From Eledone cirrhosa (taxonomy: Eukaryota): DNA of 64,000 bases. Below, piece by piece: positions 25,641 to 38,658 of the stretch. The notes under the pieces were generated by a model. The model had not been told where the DNA came from. It worked only from the letters and a program-made list of their open reading frames with translations, and searched no databases. The stretch is from NCBI GenBank assembly GCA_964016885.1, contig OZ024741.1:147808001-147872000 (forward strand). The letters run 5' to 3'. Position numbers and translations under genes: made by a program. Positions within the stretch are counted from its first letter, which is position 1. The number at the start of each line of letters is the position of its first letter.

Positions 25641-27290
25641 TGGAAATCAGTCCCATACACACCCACACTCATACACAATATACACATTTAAACACTATTA
25701 GATGGCCGTTGACTTTTATCAATTCTTCCGCCCTTTGTCAGGCTTTGTTTTTCGTCACGCTCCTCAATAAGAAAGCTTCGTGGGGTTGCCGGTTTAGTCA
25801 CAGACGATCCGACCATGCGACAGGTTGTACTAGATTACGTGTAACCGGTAACACTCAAGAGCGATCTGACTAATGTTTCATAAAGTAATTTGCAATCAGA
25901 ACAATAAAAATTAGAATCAGAACAAAAAACATCTTACCCAAGAAATAAGATGTGTAGATATAATGAGATAAATCTCATTCAAAGTGTCTAGAAGATTGTT
26001 AAAATCTCATTTGAAGAACTATGTTTGACGACCTTTGTCATAAATTGTTTTCATTCTTTCAAAATGATTTCTCGCCTTCAGAAACGTAATCATTTACAGT
26101 TTTGCAAAACACTTGTTGTATTCATAATTTGAGAAATAATTGAAGATTTGATTTAAACATATTAACAATGACAACACAATGGCTAAAAAGCACGTCACTC
26201 TTCAGGACACATTTAGACATTTGAGAAATTCCTATCTTCATTATTACACCGTCTCTAAGATGGAATTCTTCGATTTGAAACCACAGGAAACGAATAATTT
26301 ACGCCGGTTTTCAAGTCCATATTCGTATAAATTACATTTTTTTAAATCATAGTAAAAGCAAATTTCACCTTCAAAATTCTAACAAAACCTATCAACATGA
26401 CAAGTGTGAAAATAACATTGTACCGAACCAATTTTTTCTTCTTTAGAAAATTAAATCAAAACTTCTTTATTGCTTCATCATATTAGATACATATTTTTAA
26501 TAGAATTTACTACAACCCGTAGTAAATTTCTGGCTATGTATGTGATGAGAAGTAGCTCTCATTCCTACAGAAGAGACTACTTCTCATTGTTGATTTCATT
26601 TTCTAGTATCTTAGCATATGTTGCATTGGCTCCTTATTCCGAGTGTTTGTCGAGATAGATGTGTGAAAAGACTGAGATTTTACGGGTATATATTTACGTT
26701 TTGTTTGTTTGTGGCAAGTTTACTGCCTTTTGTTTGATGTTATTCTGCTCATGTTAGATATAGCGTATCCTGGGAATTAGCCAGTGCAGACTTTGTACAA
26801 ATGCAGAAAACAAGCAACCATCCATGGGGTGTTTGCCATTTGGGTAATGTGGTTAGAAAGTTTAAGGACATAATCACAGGAGAAATGTACGAGTAAAGCA
26901 GGGTGGTAGGATAACATCCGTAACCTCCGGTAGTCTTGCATCCATACACACGAATAAAGCACACGCATATCGCATCCATACACATAAGCAAAACACACGC
27001 ACATCGCATTCATACACACGAACAAAACACGCACATCGCATTCATACACAACTCTTTCTTTCTATAATTTTTCCTAAGACTATCCTTACATAAGTCCCTT
27101 GTAATTCATACATTCTCTCATATAACCAACAACCTTTTTTACTTACTTTTGTTAAATTACATTCTAACCAAGTGTCGTTTACAAACGATATCTTTACATA
27201 TTGCTTGCAAACATCTCGGTTAAAGAACCAACAAAGTTTACTACTTTATTCAATGTACGAGCTAGATATTCTATAATCGTCAAATATACT

Positions 27291-28183
27291 CTCGTCTCTC
27301 GCTACAGAAGCAAGGGGCCCGATTGCTCCAGTACCTAACAGCCCTCACCAACTGTCTCGTCCGCGCCAACCTGCCCTGCCATGCCCACGATCTTGTCTTC
27401 TCAGCCAGTCTGTTCGCCGTAAGGAAGTATGACGGAGGTGTCCGAACGGATGGCGATGGGCAACGTCTTCCGACGACTTGCAAGTCAGTCAAAGAGGACC
27501 TGAGCGAGGTGCTAAACCCGGTCCAACTCAGAGTGGGAATCAAGTGCGGATGTGAGGCTGCAGTATTCCTTAGGGCACGCGCCTCCTTCGTCATCCCACC
27601 TCCTTATGAAGCTGGACACGACATACGCTTTCAACAGCGTTCTTCCTCTTGAAGAACTTCTTCACCCTCCCCAAATTTATGTTCCTGTCGCGCGGTGCAC
27701 CTTGTCACCCCCATGCAGATCTTCTCGGTGAACTCTACGCCCCATCCGACGCTGTGCAGAACTCATGTGCAATGTCAGTTTCGACAGTGCCGGCTGGCAA
27801 CAGGCGAAGCTACCAGCGAGGTTCAGTGGCCTCGGCCTCAGACCCGCTTCGGATCTGGCTCTAGCGGCCTACCTTTCCTCAATCTGCTCCAGTAGCGTTC
27901 TCGTCAGCGATGTCCTCAGCATGACGGTCGAACATGACGTTGCCCGTCTGAGGAAGGAGCTCCGTGAGATGGGGTGGCTGTTGCAGCGGGTATCGCTGGC
28001 AATTGTCTGGAAAAGGTCATGCGGTCTTTTCCGTTGGGCGCAGCTCCAACACCGCCACGCCCTAGACCCAGAGCCCATCCTCCTCCACTTCCCTCTCCCA
28101 TTTTCTTTGACCTTAGAGCCCTTGCTTTTCCCTTCCTTTTCCGTTTTTAAATATTGATAAAGTTATTTTCACTGAAAAAAAAA
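27291..28183 (+). mobile_element. CRE-like remnant with A-tail, duplicate of 6126-7020
   Basis: Nearly identical sequence with the same junctions. Confidence 0.8.
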
Positions 28184-28357
28184 GTAAAAATAGTAATGTG
28201 TTAACTATATTGACGTAATCTGCGAGAGTAATGCGTAAGATTTCAAACAGATTCTTTCACTAAAAAGTTGATACACAGCGTTCTCTATTTGTGATTCAAT
28301 CAGATATTTTCGAAGCTGCAAGAACTAATTAAAACATTTGGAAGAAAGAAAAAGATA

Positions 28358-29356
28358 ATGGATAACAAACATTATCCCATAGACTGTAATGACACTTTAG
28401 AGGAGTTAAATACTGAAATGGTGGATGTTATGTTTCCAGTAATAATGTATCTGACAATAGTTTTGGGGTTTGGATCAGTCGGAAATATGTTAGTATCTTA
28501 TATATACTATTGTAAATTTTCTAATACAGCTACAAATTATTTCGTTGTAGCGCTTTCGATGTGCGATTTTCTTACTTGTATAATAAGCATACCAATTGAA
28601 ATTATCATTCTAAATTTTCCATACACCTTTTACAGTGATGCTGCTTGCCGCATCATGCGTTTTATTACTGGTACAACCGTAGTCACTTCATCATTGATTG
28701 TATTAATTATAGCAATTGATAGATACTCACTTGTCTGTCGACCTCTTCAAGTTCAATTTTCTCGTCAGAAGTCGAGGGAAATCATAGTAACTTTAACAAT
28801 GATCGCCGCCATATTAAGCCTACCAACAGTTTATGTATACAACGCAGAACTTTTGAACGTAAAAAACTGTGGAAATATTGGAAGTAACTGTACATTTTCT
28901 TCGAAATTGAGTGGTACAATCTATCCTATAATCTATTATATCATAGTGCTTATTATTTTTGGTCTTCTGTTTGTTTTTCTGATGATAATTTATATATTGG
29001 TTGCAATACATGTTTGGAGATTTTCCGTAAGAAATAGGCATAGACAACAAAATGTAATGCCCCAGATGTCAAAAGAACATTCTAGTGGTACGTCTCATCA
29101 TAAAAAAGTGAAGACTTCTAGAACCAATGTACTTTTGTTCACCGTCACTTTCTTCTGGATTCTGAGTTATGTACCTCATCTAATCGGCCTAGCACACTGG
29201 AGGGCATTCAACACAGATTCAATAACAGGAAATGAACTTGTACTTTATAAGTTAACGATGTATTCTATTTACTTTAATTCTGCTGTAAACCCATTCATTT
29301 ATGGAGTTTTTAATACGAAGTTTCGTGTTGAATTACAGAAGTTGATTCATCAATAA
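28358..29356 (+). CDS. GPCR2: intronless class A GPCR, 332 aa, peptide-receptor-like orphan
   Basis: Seven hydrophobic segments. TM1 GSVGN, TM2 LSMCD, Cys at the top of TM3, AIDRY, TM6 SYVP and TM7 NSAVNPFIY. N-terminal NDT sequon. Confidence 0.95.
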   Translation: MDNKHYPIDCNDTLEELNTEMVDVMFPVIMYLTIVLGFGSVGNMLVSYIYYCKFSNTATNYFVVALSMCDFLTCIISIPIEIIILNFPYTFYSDAACRIMRFITGTTVVTSSLIVLIIAIDRYSLVCRPLQVQFSRQKSREIIVTLTMIAAILSLPTVYVYNAELLNVKNCGNIGSNCTFSSKLSGTIYPIIYYIIVLIIFGLLFVFLMIIYILVAIHVWRFSVRNRHRQQNVMPQMSKEHSSGTSHHKKVKTSRTNVLLFTVTFFWILSYVPHLIGLAHWRAFNTDSITGNELVLYKLTMYSIYFNSAVNPFIYGVFNTKFRVELQKLIHQ

Positions 29357-30879
29357 AATATTGAGTTTCTTGAAAATAGATACAAAAGTACGTAATTCTT
29401 AATTCTACAGATCTCACCAAAGTATATTTGACGATTATAGAATATCTAGCTCGTACTTTGAATGAAATACTAAACTTTGTTGGTTCTTTAACCGAGATAT
29501 TTGCAAGCAATATGTAAAGGTATCGTTGGCAAACGACACTTGGTTAGAATGAACTTTAACAAAAGTAAGCAAAAGAGGTTGTTGGTTTTATGAGAGAATG
29601 TATGAGTGAATTATGTAAGGATAGTCTTTGGAAAAATTATAGAAAGAAATAGTTGTGTATGAATGCGACGTGCGTGTTTTTTTGCTCGATTGGTTTTACC
29701 TGTAAAATCTCTCCTGTGATTATTTCCTTAAACTTTCTAACCACATTACCCAAATGGCAAATATCTTTTGGGTGGTTGCTTGCTTTCTGCATTTGTACAA
29801 AGTCTGCATTGGGTAATTCCCAGGATACGCTATATCTAACACGAGCAGGATAACATCAAACAAAAGGGGAGTAAACTTGCCACAAACAAACAAAACTTAA
29901 ATATATACCCGTAAAATGGCACATTTTACACATATCTATCTTGACGAACACTCGGAATAAGGAGACAATGCAACATATGCTAAGATACTAGAAAATGAAA
30001 TCAACATTGTAAAGTAATCTCTTCTGTATGACAGAGTGAAATTTGCTTTTACTATGATTTTAAAAAAATTTAATTTACCGTCGCAAATTATTCGTTTTCT
30101 GTTGTTTCACATCGAAGAATTCAATCTTAGAGACAGTTTAATAATAACGATTTGCCTAAAATCTTTGATTCCATTTGACAATTTTTGCAATGAATTGCCA
30201 AAAGGTCTAAATGTGTTCTGAAGAGTGACGCCATTGTGTTGACATTGTTACTATGTCTACATCAAATCTTTCTCAAATTATTTCTCAAATTATCAAATCT
30301 TACATCAAATCTTACATCAAATTATTTCTGAAATTATGAATACAACAAGCCTTTTGCAAAACTGTAAGCGATTACTTTTCTGAAGGCGAGAAATCATTTT
30401 GAAAGAATGAATTTATGACAATTTATGACAAAGGTCGTCGAACATAATTCTTCAAATGAAATTTTAACAATCTTCTAGACACTTTGAATGAGATTTATCT
30501 CATTATATCTACACATTATATTTCTCAGGTAAGATGTTTTTTGTTCTAATTCTAATTTTTATTGTTCTTATTGCAAATTACTTTATGAAATATAAGTCAG
30601 GTCGCTCTTGAGCGCTACCGGTTACACGTACCCCAGTACAACCTGTCGCATTGTCGGTCGTCGGTGACTAAACCGGCAACCCCACCAAGCTTGCTTATTG
30701 AATAGGGTGATTTGGGACACCCTGCGGGACGAAAAACGAAGCCTGACAAAGGGAGGAAGAATCCATAAAAGTCAACGGCCATCCAATAGTGTGTAAATAT
30801 GTATATTCTGTATGAGTGTGGGTGTGTATGGGACTGATTTCCACACGAGTCTGCGTATGCGTATATGTGAAGGCTCAAA

Positions 30880-33800
30880 TACCATTTAGAGCCTGAGAAA
30901 AGTTAGATAATGCAGGCGCTTCCAAGCCATCAGCCTGGAGATGGAGTCCCAATGAAAAATACCAGGAAGGAAAACATCCCAGAAACATGGAAAACCCAAC
31001 TAGAGGACGCTTGGAAGTCATATCAATAATACCTTTACCTATAGGCTAAGTAGATGTCTGTAGCTTTAAAATGGCCTGTGCAGTCCTGGCAATGCGCTCT
31101 TGTATCCAGATATCGAAAAAATGGACTATTCGTTGATTTACCCCAGGGTCAAGTCCCTGCCTTAGCTGATTTTCCTGAAACTCAAAATCTGACAATTTCC
31201 AGCTACTGACCACCTCTGTATACAAAAACTCCAATAACGTCACCATTGGCAGAGTCGGTATGCTTCTCTCATCAAAGGTACGTGAGAACCTCAACAACAT
31301 TGAAAAGAGACGATAAAATAATGGTTGCGGAGTTTAAATCAAATCCTAAACTCTGATTTATATCTTGCTATAGCGCAACAAATAGCAGTGATAAAGAAAC
31401 TGCAGCCAGTTTCTATCAGTCTCTCAGATCGGTAATTGAAAATGTCCCTGTCCATAAATTCCTTACTATTGCAGGCGACTTCAATGCCAAACTAGGCCCT
31501 GGCGATGTAAAATTCACCTTCAACACTGAAACAAACCGAAATGGTGAAATGCTTCACCAATTCCTTGACGGATTTGAACTCATCTCGTCTACAAATAGCT
31601 TCATGAAAAAACAATGGTAGTGGTAGTAGAGCTGAATTGGATTATATCCTATTTCGGAAAAAATGGCGAAACAGTGTACGCAACTCTGAAACCTATTCCT
31701 CCTTCTTCCACGTGGGATCTGATGACAGGATTGTCTATTCCAAAGTTACTTTTAGCCATCGTGCTCCTAAGAAAGTCTCCGCTGAGCCTATGAGACAAAT
31801 TGACTGGTGGTCAGTGTCATCAAATAAGGAGCCCTCCAGCCGGTATGCAATTAGTGTCTACAATAGGTTCTCTGAACTACCCTTAACTGATGATTCCATT
31901 GAGACTAAACACTCCAATCTAATTGCTGCAAATGAGGAAGTTGTTCTTTCCAGCTACCCCAAAAACATCAAAAGGAAGCTCACGAAATTAAGCTCACATA
32001 TCTTAGTATCCTCAGTGCGCACAAATTGCAAAGTCTTTCTTCTCAGTACAACCCAAATCCAACTAGTTTACTGAAAAGTTAAATGACCCAATGCAAAAAA
32101 GACATTGACGGGGTGTACACAACTGCTCTTGCTGAGTATGTCGAAGGAAAAATAAACAAACTTAAGATCATTCATATAAACAAACAGCACGCTGTCGCAT
32201 GGGCTCTAGTCAACGAAATAACTGGCAGAAAAGAGAAGCCTTTACCCATCATCAAAGGAGGCTCTCAAGAAGCTATGAAAAAGAGCTGGATTGACCACTT
32301 CAAGGGTCTAGTGGGCGAACCATCATCTGTAAAAGGCGATCTCCCAAAGTCTGTGGTATCACCTGAACTCGACATCGCCACTGGACTTTTCACCTTGAGT
32401 GAGATCAACAAGATGATCGAAACACCTGAAAACAAAGAATCACCCGGTCTCGACAACATACCCAGTGTAATTTGGAAAGATTCAGACTTTCATATCAGTG
32501 TTATTATCAATCTGCAACCAAACTTCTCGAACAAGTTGGCTAAAAGCAGGAATGCTCCATTCCTCTTTATCATCCCTGAAATATGGAAAACCCAACTAGA
32601 GGACGCTTGGAAGTCATATGAATAATACCTTCACCTATGGGCTAAATAGGAGCTATCTGTAGCTTAAGAATGGCCTGTGCAGTCCTGGCAACGCGCTCTT
32701 GTATCCAGATATCGAAAATATGGACTATTCAGTGATTAACACCAGGGTTCAAGTCCCTGCCTTAGCTGATTTTCCTGAAACTCACATCCCATCAACTAAG
32801 ACTAATGACAGATTAGCCTTCAACCTGGACTTATCAAGGCAGACTGTTCTCGATAGAATAGAAGGCAGATAAAAACCTCCCCTAAAATGTAAACATCCTG
32901 CTCGCTTTAACACATTCAGTGTCAATACCCTCGGTCCTCTTGGCAGACTTGATGAGCTAGTAACGAGCGCCAAATCCAACGTTATTGACATCATCAGTCT
33001 TCAAGTGCATAGACATTTCCATCCTGATGTAGACCTAAAGTTTACAAAATCTGACAATTTCCAGCTTCTCACTACATCTGCATCAAAACTCCAAGAAAAG
33101 AGAAGCCTTTATCCATCATCAAAGGTGGCTCTTAAGAAGCTAGGAAAAAGAGCTGGAATGACCACTTCACGAGTCTACTGGGCAAATCATAATCTGTAGA
33201 AGGCGATCTCCCAAAGTCTGTGGTATCACCTGAACTCGACATCTCCACTGGACTTTGAGATCAACAAGATGACAGTGAAATCAACAAGATGATCAAAACA
33301 CCTGAAAACAAAGAATCATCCGGTCTCGACAACATACCCAGTGTAATTTGGAAAGATTCAAACTTTCTTTCAGTGCTATTATCAATCTGCAACCAAACTT
33401 CTCCAACAAGTTGGCTAAAAGCAGGAATGCTCCATTCCTCTTTATCATTGCACTAGACTACACTCTGAGACTCTCAATTGAAAAAATCAATAACAAAGGT
33501 ATAACCATCAAACACCGCATGAGGTCGACGCACCCCCCTGAACATCTCACTGACCTTGACTTTGCGGATGACATTGTGATTCTTGCAGATTGCCTAGAAA
33601 ATGCGCAACAACTTTTGACATCTCTCAAGAAAGCAGCCGTCCTCGTTCGCCTTCATCTCGACGAGGGTAAAACAGATTGCATATCAAACTGTACAGGCAA
33701 CATCAAAGCAATCAAAAGCAGTGATATAAAGCAAGTCGAGGATTTTAAATATTTGGGGTCGTAGATCATGGACTCTGTGAAGGATTTTGCCACCAGAAAG

Positions 33801-34340
33801 GACCAAGCATGGTCAGATGGATCGAGTTTGGTGCTGAAATCTTTCCAACCAAACCAAAAATCAGACTCTTCCAAGTAACAATTCAATCAATTTACTATAT
33901 GGAAGTGAAACATGGACGCTTTCATCCAAACAACAAAAGCGCCTTGATGGCACCTACACTGTCCTACTTCGACACATTCAGAACATAAGCTGGCGACATC
34001 TGACTTTGAGAGAGATATATGTCGGCCTCCCCCGCATATCTGTCGTTGTACGTAAAATGAGAGTAAGATTTGCTGGCCACTGCCACCCTTCCTCCTCTAA
34101 GGCTGTGTCCCTGTTAGTGCTTTGGATATCAGAAGCAGTCACTAATAACAGGGGGCGCAAGCACTCCTATCCCGGTGTCATCTTCAGTGATTCTAATATT
34201 GAAACCCAGGACTTAGCAACAGCAGTGAACGACAGACTCACGTAGAGATCAATTGTGGCGTCTATTTCGGCCGAGGCCGCCAGATGATGATAAGACAGTA
34301 GACAAATAATATTCCTGGGATTGCAGTCTGATTTCCTACT
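30880..34340 (+). mobile_element. Decayed RTE-like LINE, mirror of 22845-25640, with internal partial tandem duplication
   Basis: ORFs 31637-32074, 32083-32625 and 33348-33764 (LDFADD, FKYLGS). The 5' region restarts at about 32573. Confidence 0.85.
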
Positions 34341-34399
34341 TTTCAGGAACACAATCCCAACTCACTCTACCATTGGAGAACTTTATCCAACTCCCTGTT

Positions 34400-36960
34400 G
34401 GAGCTAGTCCATGTTGAAGTGGGGAGGATGTTGCTTGCCAGCGTGGAGCAAGCGTGGGTGGAGGAAAGGAAGCAAAGGGAGACAGAGAGTATCACTTACG
34501 AAGACCAAGTCCCGCAAATCACTTGGGCAAAGCAGCCTGATCACAGGACTCTGGAGAGAGTCTGACATTGACCAACCACTCGAGTCCCTCGAAGATTAGG
34601 TCGTCGAAGCGTTGGCGGCCTGACGGAAATGTGTGACAAGAGCTGACCCAGAGCATATATAGAAGCTTAGGAATCGAAAGGTAACTTCTGAGTATGAAAA
34701 AACCTTGATGGGGTTCGATTGCCTCAATATTCTTCTACAATTGCTCAAGGCCAACCATCTTCAATTAGAAGGCAAGATCTGTAATTGGGGCTCCTAAGGA
34801 GCACCAAACCGACGGGGAGGGACCACAATGGAAGGGAAGGCCTCTGTAAACAGATCAATTTTCTGTTGATGTTGAGAAGCCGGGTGATTGAGTATCCAGA
34901 GCTGACATTTAGAGCTATTGACCTGGAGACCCCGACGACCAAGCTCCTCAATCATTTTGTTAGTAGTGGCGAGAACCTTATCCGTCGTTGAGATACCAGA
35001 CGTTGATGTTCAACTCAACCCCCATCTTGGAGATGTTATCAATGCCCAGTGCAAACAGAGCGGGCCCGAGTGGGTCGCCCTTTTGGACTCCCGAGGCAGA
35101 GATGATGATTTGGTCACCAAAAGAGAGGTAGGAAGGCTCCAAATAAGCCTGACAAGCAAAGTAGTAGAGTTGTGGGATCTTCTCTCTTACTGAGCTGAGG
35201 ACAACATCACGGCTGACAGAGTTGGACGCGTTCTTGAGGTCAAGTTTGGGGATGACCCTGGGGTAAGGAGAGCAAGTTGGTAAAAGCTCTGGTAGCGTGA
35301 GCAGCAGCCTCACATCCCAGCTTGGTACCCATCCCCAGCTGGATGGTGGAAAATTCCTCCGACAGTGAGTCAGAGACCGATAGCAAACACACCTTTGCAG
35401 TGAGATGACGAAGGGTGCAACCCAACGCAAAGGGGGGCAGTTCTGCGTTGGGTTTAATGAAAACGAACAATTTCGCACCGAAGAACAGTGGAAGGATATA
35501 GGGGAGAACATTCACTGAAGAGAACCGATTCACAGACTGAGTCAGACTCTCCAAGAGCTCGAGTCCGGCGTCACCGGCCGATAAGGTGCTGAGGTCGAAG
35601 GCCGTCAATCCCCGCGCCTGAACCAGCGAGGAAGGATGTAACCGCCTTTCTGATGTTATCAGTGGTATAGACCGGCATCTAGTATTCTGGGGTTCGGGCC
35701 AGTGTAACTGATCGTCTGGGGGTGCCGATGGGTGTTTGTCTTTCAGTCGCTCAAGAGAATCAGAGTTACACGGAGCAAGGGAGGACAGAGAAGAGAGGAG
35801 ACAGACATTTCCTTTAATGTCAAATTCGCTGAATATGGCATTAACTGCACGCTTGAGGTTTACGGTTACCTGTTGGTAGGCACTGAGTTAGATTTCAAAC
35901 TGAGGTGAGAAGTGGTTGGGGTGGACTCAAACAGCTGGAACCTTTGCTTGAGAGAGGACGTGAGGGAGCCCGATTTCGCATTGTGCACATGAAGAGAGAT
36001 GAGAGGGAACAAACACAGTTTCTGGCAGTGAAACGTATTGTTGGATAAGCAAACGTTTTTCAATGGATTGGAGAGGGCTTGTGCAAAGCTATTCCGAGCT
36101 CCCTTAGGGATCCGGTTGACGAGCTTCGATTTTGGATAAACTCTGGAGGGCTGCGGCAAAGTCCTCGGTAGAGAGCTGGTCGTCGAAGCGTGGGACGTCT
36201 CCACGGAGTACGTCAGAGCTAAAGTGGCACTGATTACAGGTCCAGTATTGAAGCCTTTCGGCTTGAGCCTTGCTGTTGCCGACACAGCTCCTGTGGTAGT
36301 TTTGGTAGCACATTTAATTGTCTTCAGGTACTGGCCAGTGCGGGCACAGAGAGCACAATTAGAGGGTGAGCTGGTAGCGACCGACGGTCGAGGGCTGGCG
36401 TTGGAATTCGATCGAAGGAGCGAAGTAGTAAAAGAGGCAGTGTAAGCAGCATTGATTCTAATGTTGGGACTAGAACAGAGGTTGGGGGTGCTGGAGGTGG
36501 GCTAACAGTTGTAGAAGTGCTGGGGTTGGCAGGGTTAACTCCGTTTAGAACCTGCGGTGAAGATAAGTGGGGATAGGTGGAGACAAGTTAGCCCCTTTCC
36601 TACGTGCCGAAGTTGTTGGAGAATGAGAAGGCTGACCTGTTGTCACATAGTCGTTCCACCAAGCAGGTCTCTTGGTCGTTTGACATATGCCTCCGCCAGC
36701 TAAAGTGGATTAGGTTAAAGTGGTGGCAACTTTATTAATCGGCAATCGCCGGTGATAGATCGATCAAAACATCGGGTCACTAACGGAACCAGTGAAGACA
36801 TAGGTGGGCTGTGCGAGAGGACGAAGTTAGGGGTAAGCGGATGGAAGAATAGAAAGTGGAGAAGAGGGAGAGGATTGTGAGTGCGTGGAGATGGGTGTGG
36901 TCGTGTGAAAGGCAGGTAAATACAGTGGAAGAGAAAGAGCAATGAACATGCAAAGAGAAT
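34400..36960 (-). mobile_element. CRE-clade-like retroelement with PHD-like finger and RT, frameshifted
   Basis: CYQNYHRSCVG...WTCNQC, LVNRIPKGAR, KLDLKNASNSV, GVQKGDPLGPALFAL and WYLNDG (degenerate YLDD). Confidence 0.82.
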
Positions 36961-38024
36961 GAAAATACATTAGAAGTAAAAATTCAAAGGCTTGAATTTG
37001 AGTAAATCCGTAGTAAAATCAAAACTGTGAGTTTGTGTAAGATTCCACATGGGCAAGACCGCAGTAAAATCAAAAACTGGGGGTGTATGTGAGATTCCAC
37101 GTGTGAATCCGCACTAAATTAAAAAATTGAAAAAAAAATAGCACAGATAGCAAATATAGCAAAGATGATGAGAATCATCACCGATAAAAATTTGGAGAAG
37201 CAAGGCGATAGATCTTTTTTTTTTTGTTTATTTTCGAATTAATTTTTCTGTGTTTTCTTTGCTTTTTCTTTTGTTTGTAAATGAAACCCGCGTGTTGTAA
37301 GAGTGGTTGAGTTACTGCAGTGCTAATGCTTCAGTGTGTGAAAGCCAGGTTAACAGAGCAGAAATCATATCTTGTTGGAAGATGTACTGGCACCAACTGC
37401 ATAATTATGGAGATAACATTAAGATGAATGATAAATTGCGAAATTTCCTAGCTTTCGTCCAGGTAAGGCTAAGTAGGCTTTTTGCTGTGTTACCTTAGGT
37501 TTCAGACATATGAACTTTGCTCCCATTTCTATCATGAATAATTACCAACTATGTTTTTTTTCATTGCTGTTTCTAGTCGATTATAGCCAGACGAACACAT
37601 TTTACTGTATTTCCCGGCGGCATAAATTTGAAAAAAAATAATAAACAACCTTCGGCCTCCAGGACGCATGGTAGATTTTTGAGATTTATTTTAGAAAAAA
37701 AGTAGCGTCTTCGACGCCGGGAAATATGGTAATTTTTAATATAAAAACTGCATAAACGGTATTATATGATTTGGTCCAGTTTCCAACACGCGATCTCGGT
37801 AGAGACAAGTATCATCTTGAAAATGGTGAGTTTCCAGTTAATACAGTCTGCGATCTAGTTATGATTCCCGATTGTAGTTTTTCACTTATACCGCCAATGT
37901 TTTGTAGAACAGAAAGAACTCTGAAACCTTAAATCCCCTACCATAAATGTGAAAAAAGGTCATCACACACTTATGGATATTGTGATTAGGAAATGTGAAT
38001 CAATCTATTTTTTTTTACGTTTGT

Positions 38025-38210
38025 ACATGGCAAGATTGGCAGAATCGTTAAAGTATCGCACAAACTGTTTCGAAGGATATAGTTACGGCCCTTTACGTTC
38101 TGAGTTCAAATCCCACTAAGGGCAAATTTGCCTTTTATGCTTATAGGATCGATATAATCGACCGTCCTCACCCAACAAATTGCTGGCCTTGTGTATAAAT
38201 GAGAAATCAT
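38025..38210 (+). mobile_element. Diverged SINE copy
   Basis: GATTGGCAGAATCGTTA...TGAGTTCAAATCCC...GCTGGCCTTGTG. Confidence 0.7.
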
Positions 38211-38658
38211 TACTTTAGTGCATGGCGGGAATAACATTTTATCCATATTTAAAACTTTACTGGTAAACGATGGCCATAAGATAGAAATATATACAGAAGT
38301 CCAATAGTATATGGAAAGAGATATTAGAATCTTGTTGAAACACAGTATAACTACATTTGGCGGTCAATTTGGTAGAGTCTTCTCAGAAGTGTCTATATTG
38401 TTCAGGCAATCAAAACTGAGAAGTCCAAGTTCACTCAAGTGGTTCACACGTCACTGTGTTGCAGCAATACAGACAAATTGTCACCGTTTCATTACTCTTG
38501 AACATTGTAACGAAGATCTATCTAAAATTCTTTAACCAAAATATTGATACACCAACGTTCTCTATTTTTCCAGAAACTACAAAAGACATCTTTGTGAACC
38601 AAAAGTTGCCTTCAAAGTTGCACAAACTATTTTCTAAAAATTGGAGGAAAGAAAGAAC

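Larger units (their letters stand above)
19995..27290. repeat. Left arm of the large inverted duplication centred on GPCR2
   Basis: Collinear reverse-complement matches to 29421-37864, e.g. ORFs 20522-20713 (-) and 37307-37498 (+), and 25870-26050 against 30420-30600. Confidence 0.92.
29421..37864. repeat. Right arm of the large inverted duplication
   Basis: Reverse complement of 19995-27290, with indels. Confidence 0.92.

Noticed and set aside
38641-38658. Extended GPCR3 N-terminus from the ORF track
   Set aside because: It starts at TTG. The ATG at 38659 aligns with the paralog starts.
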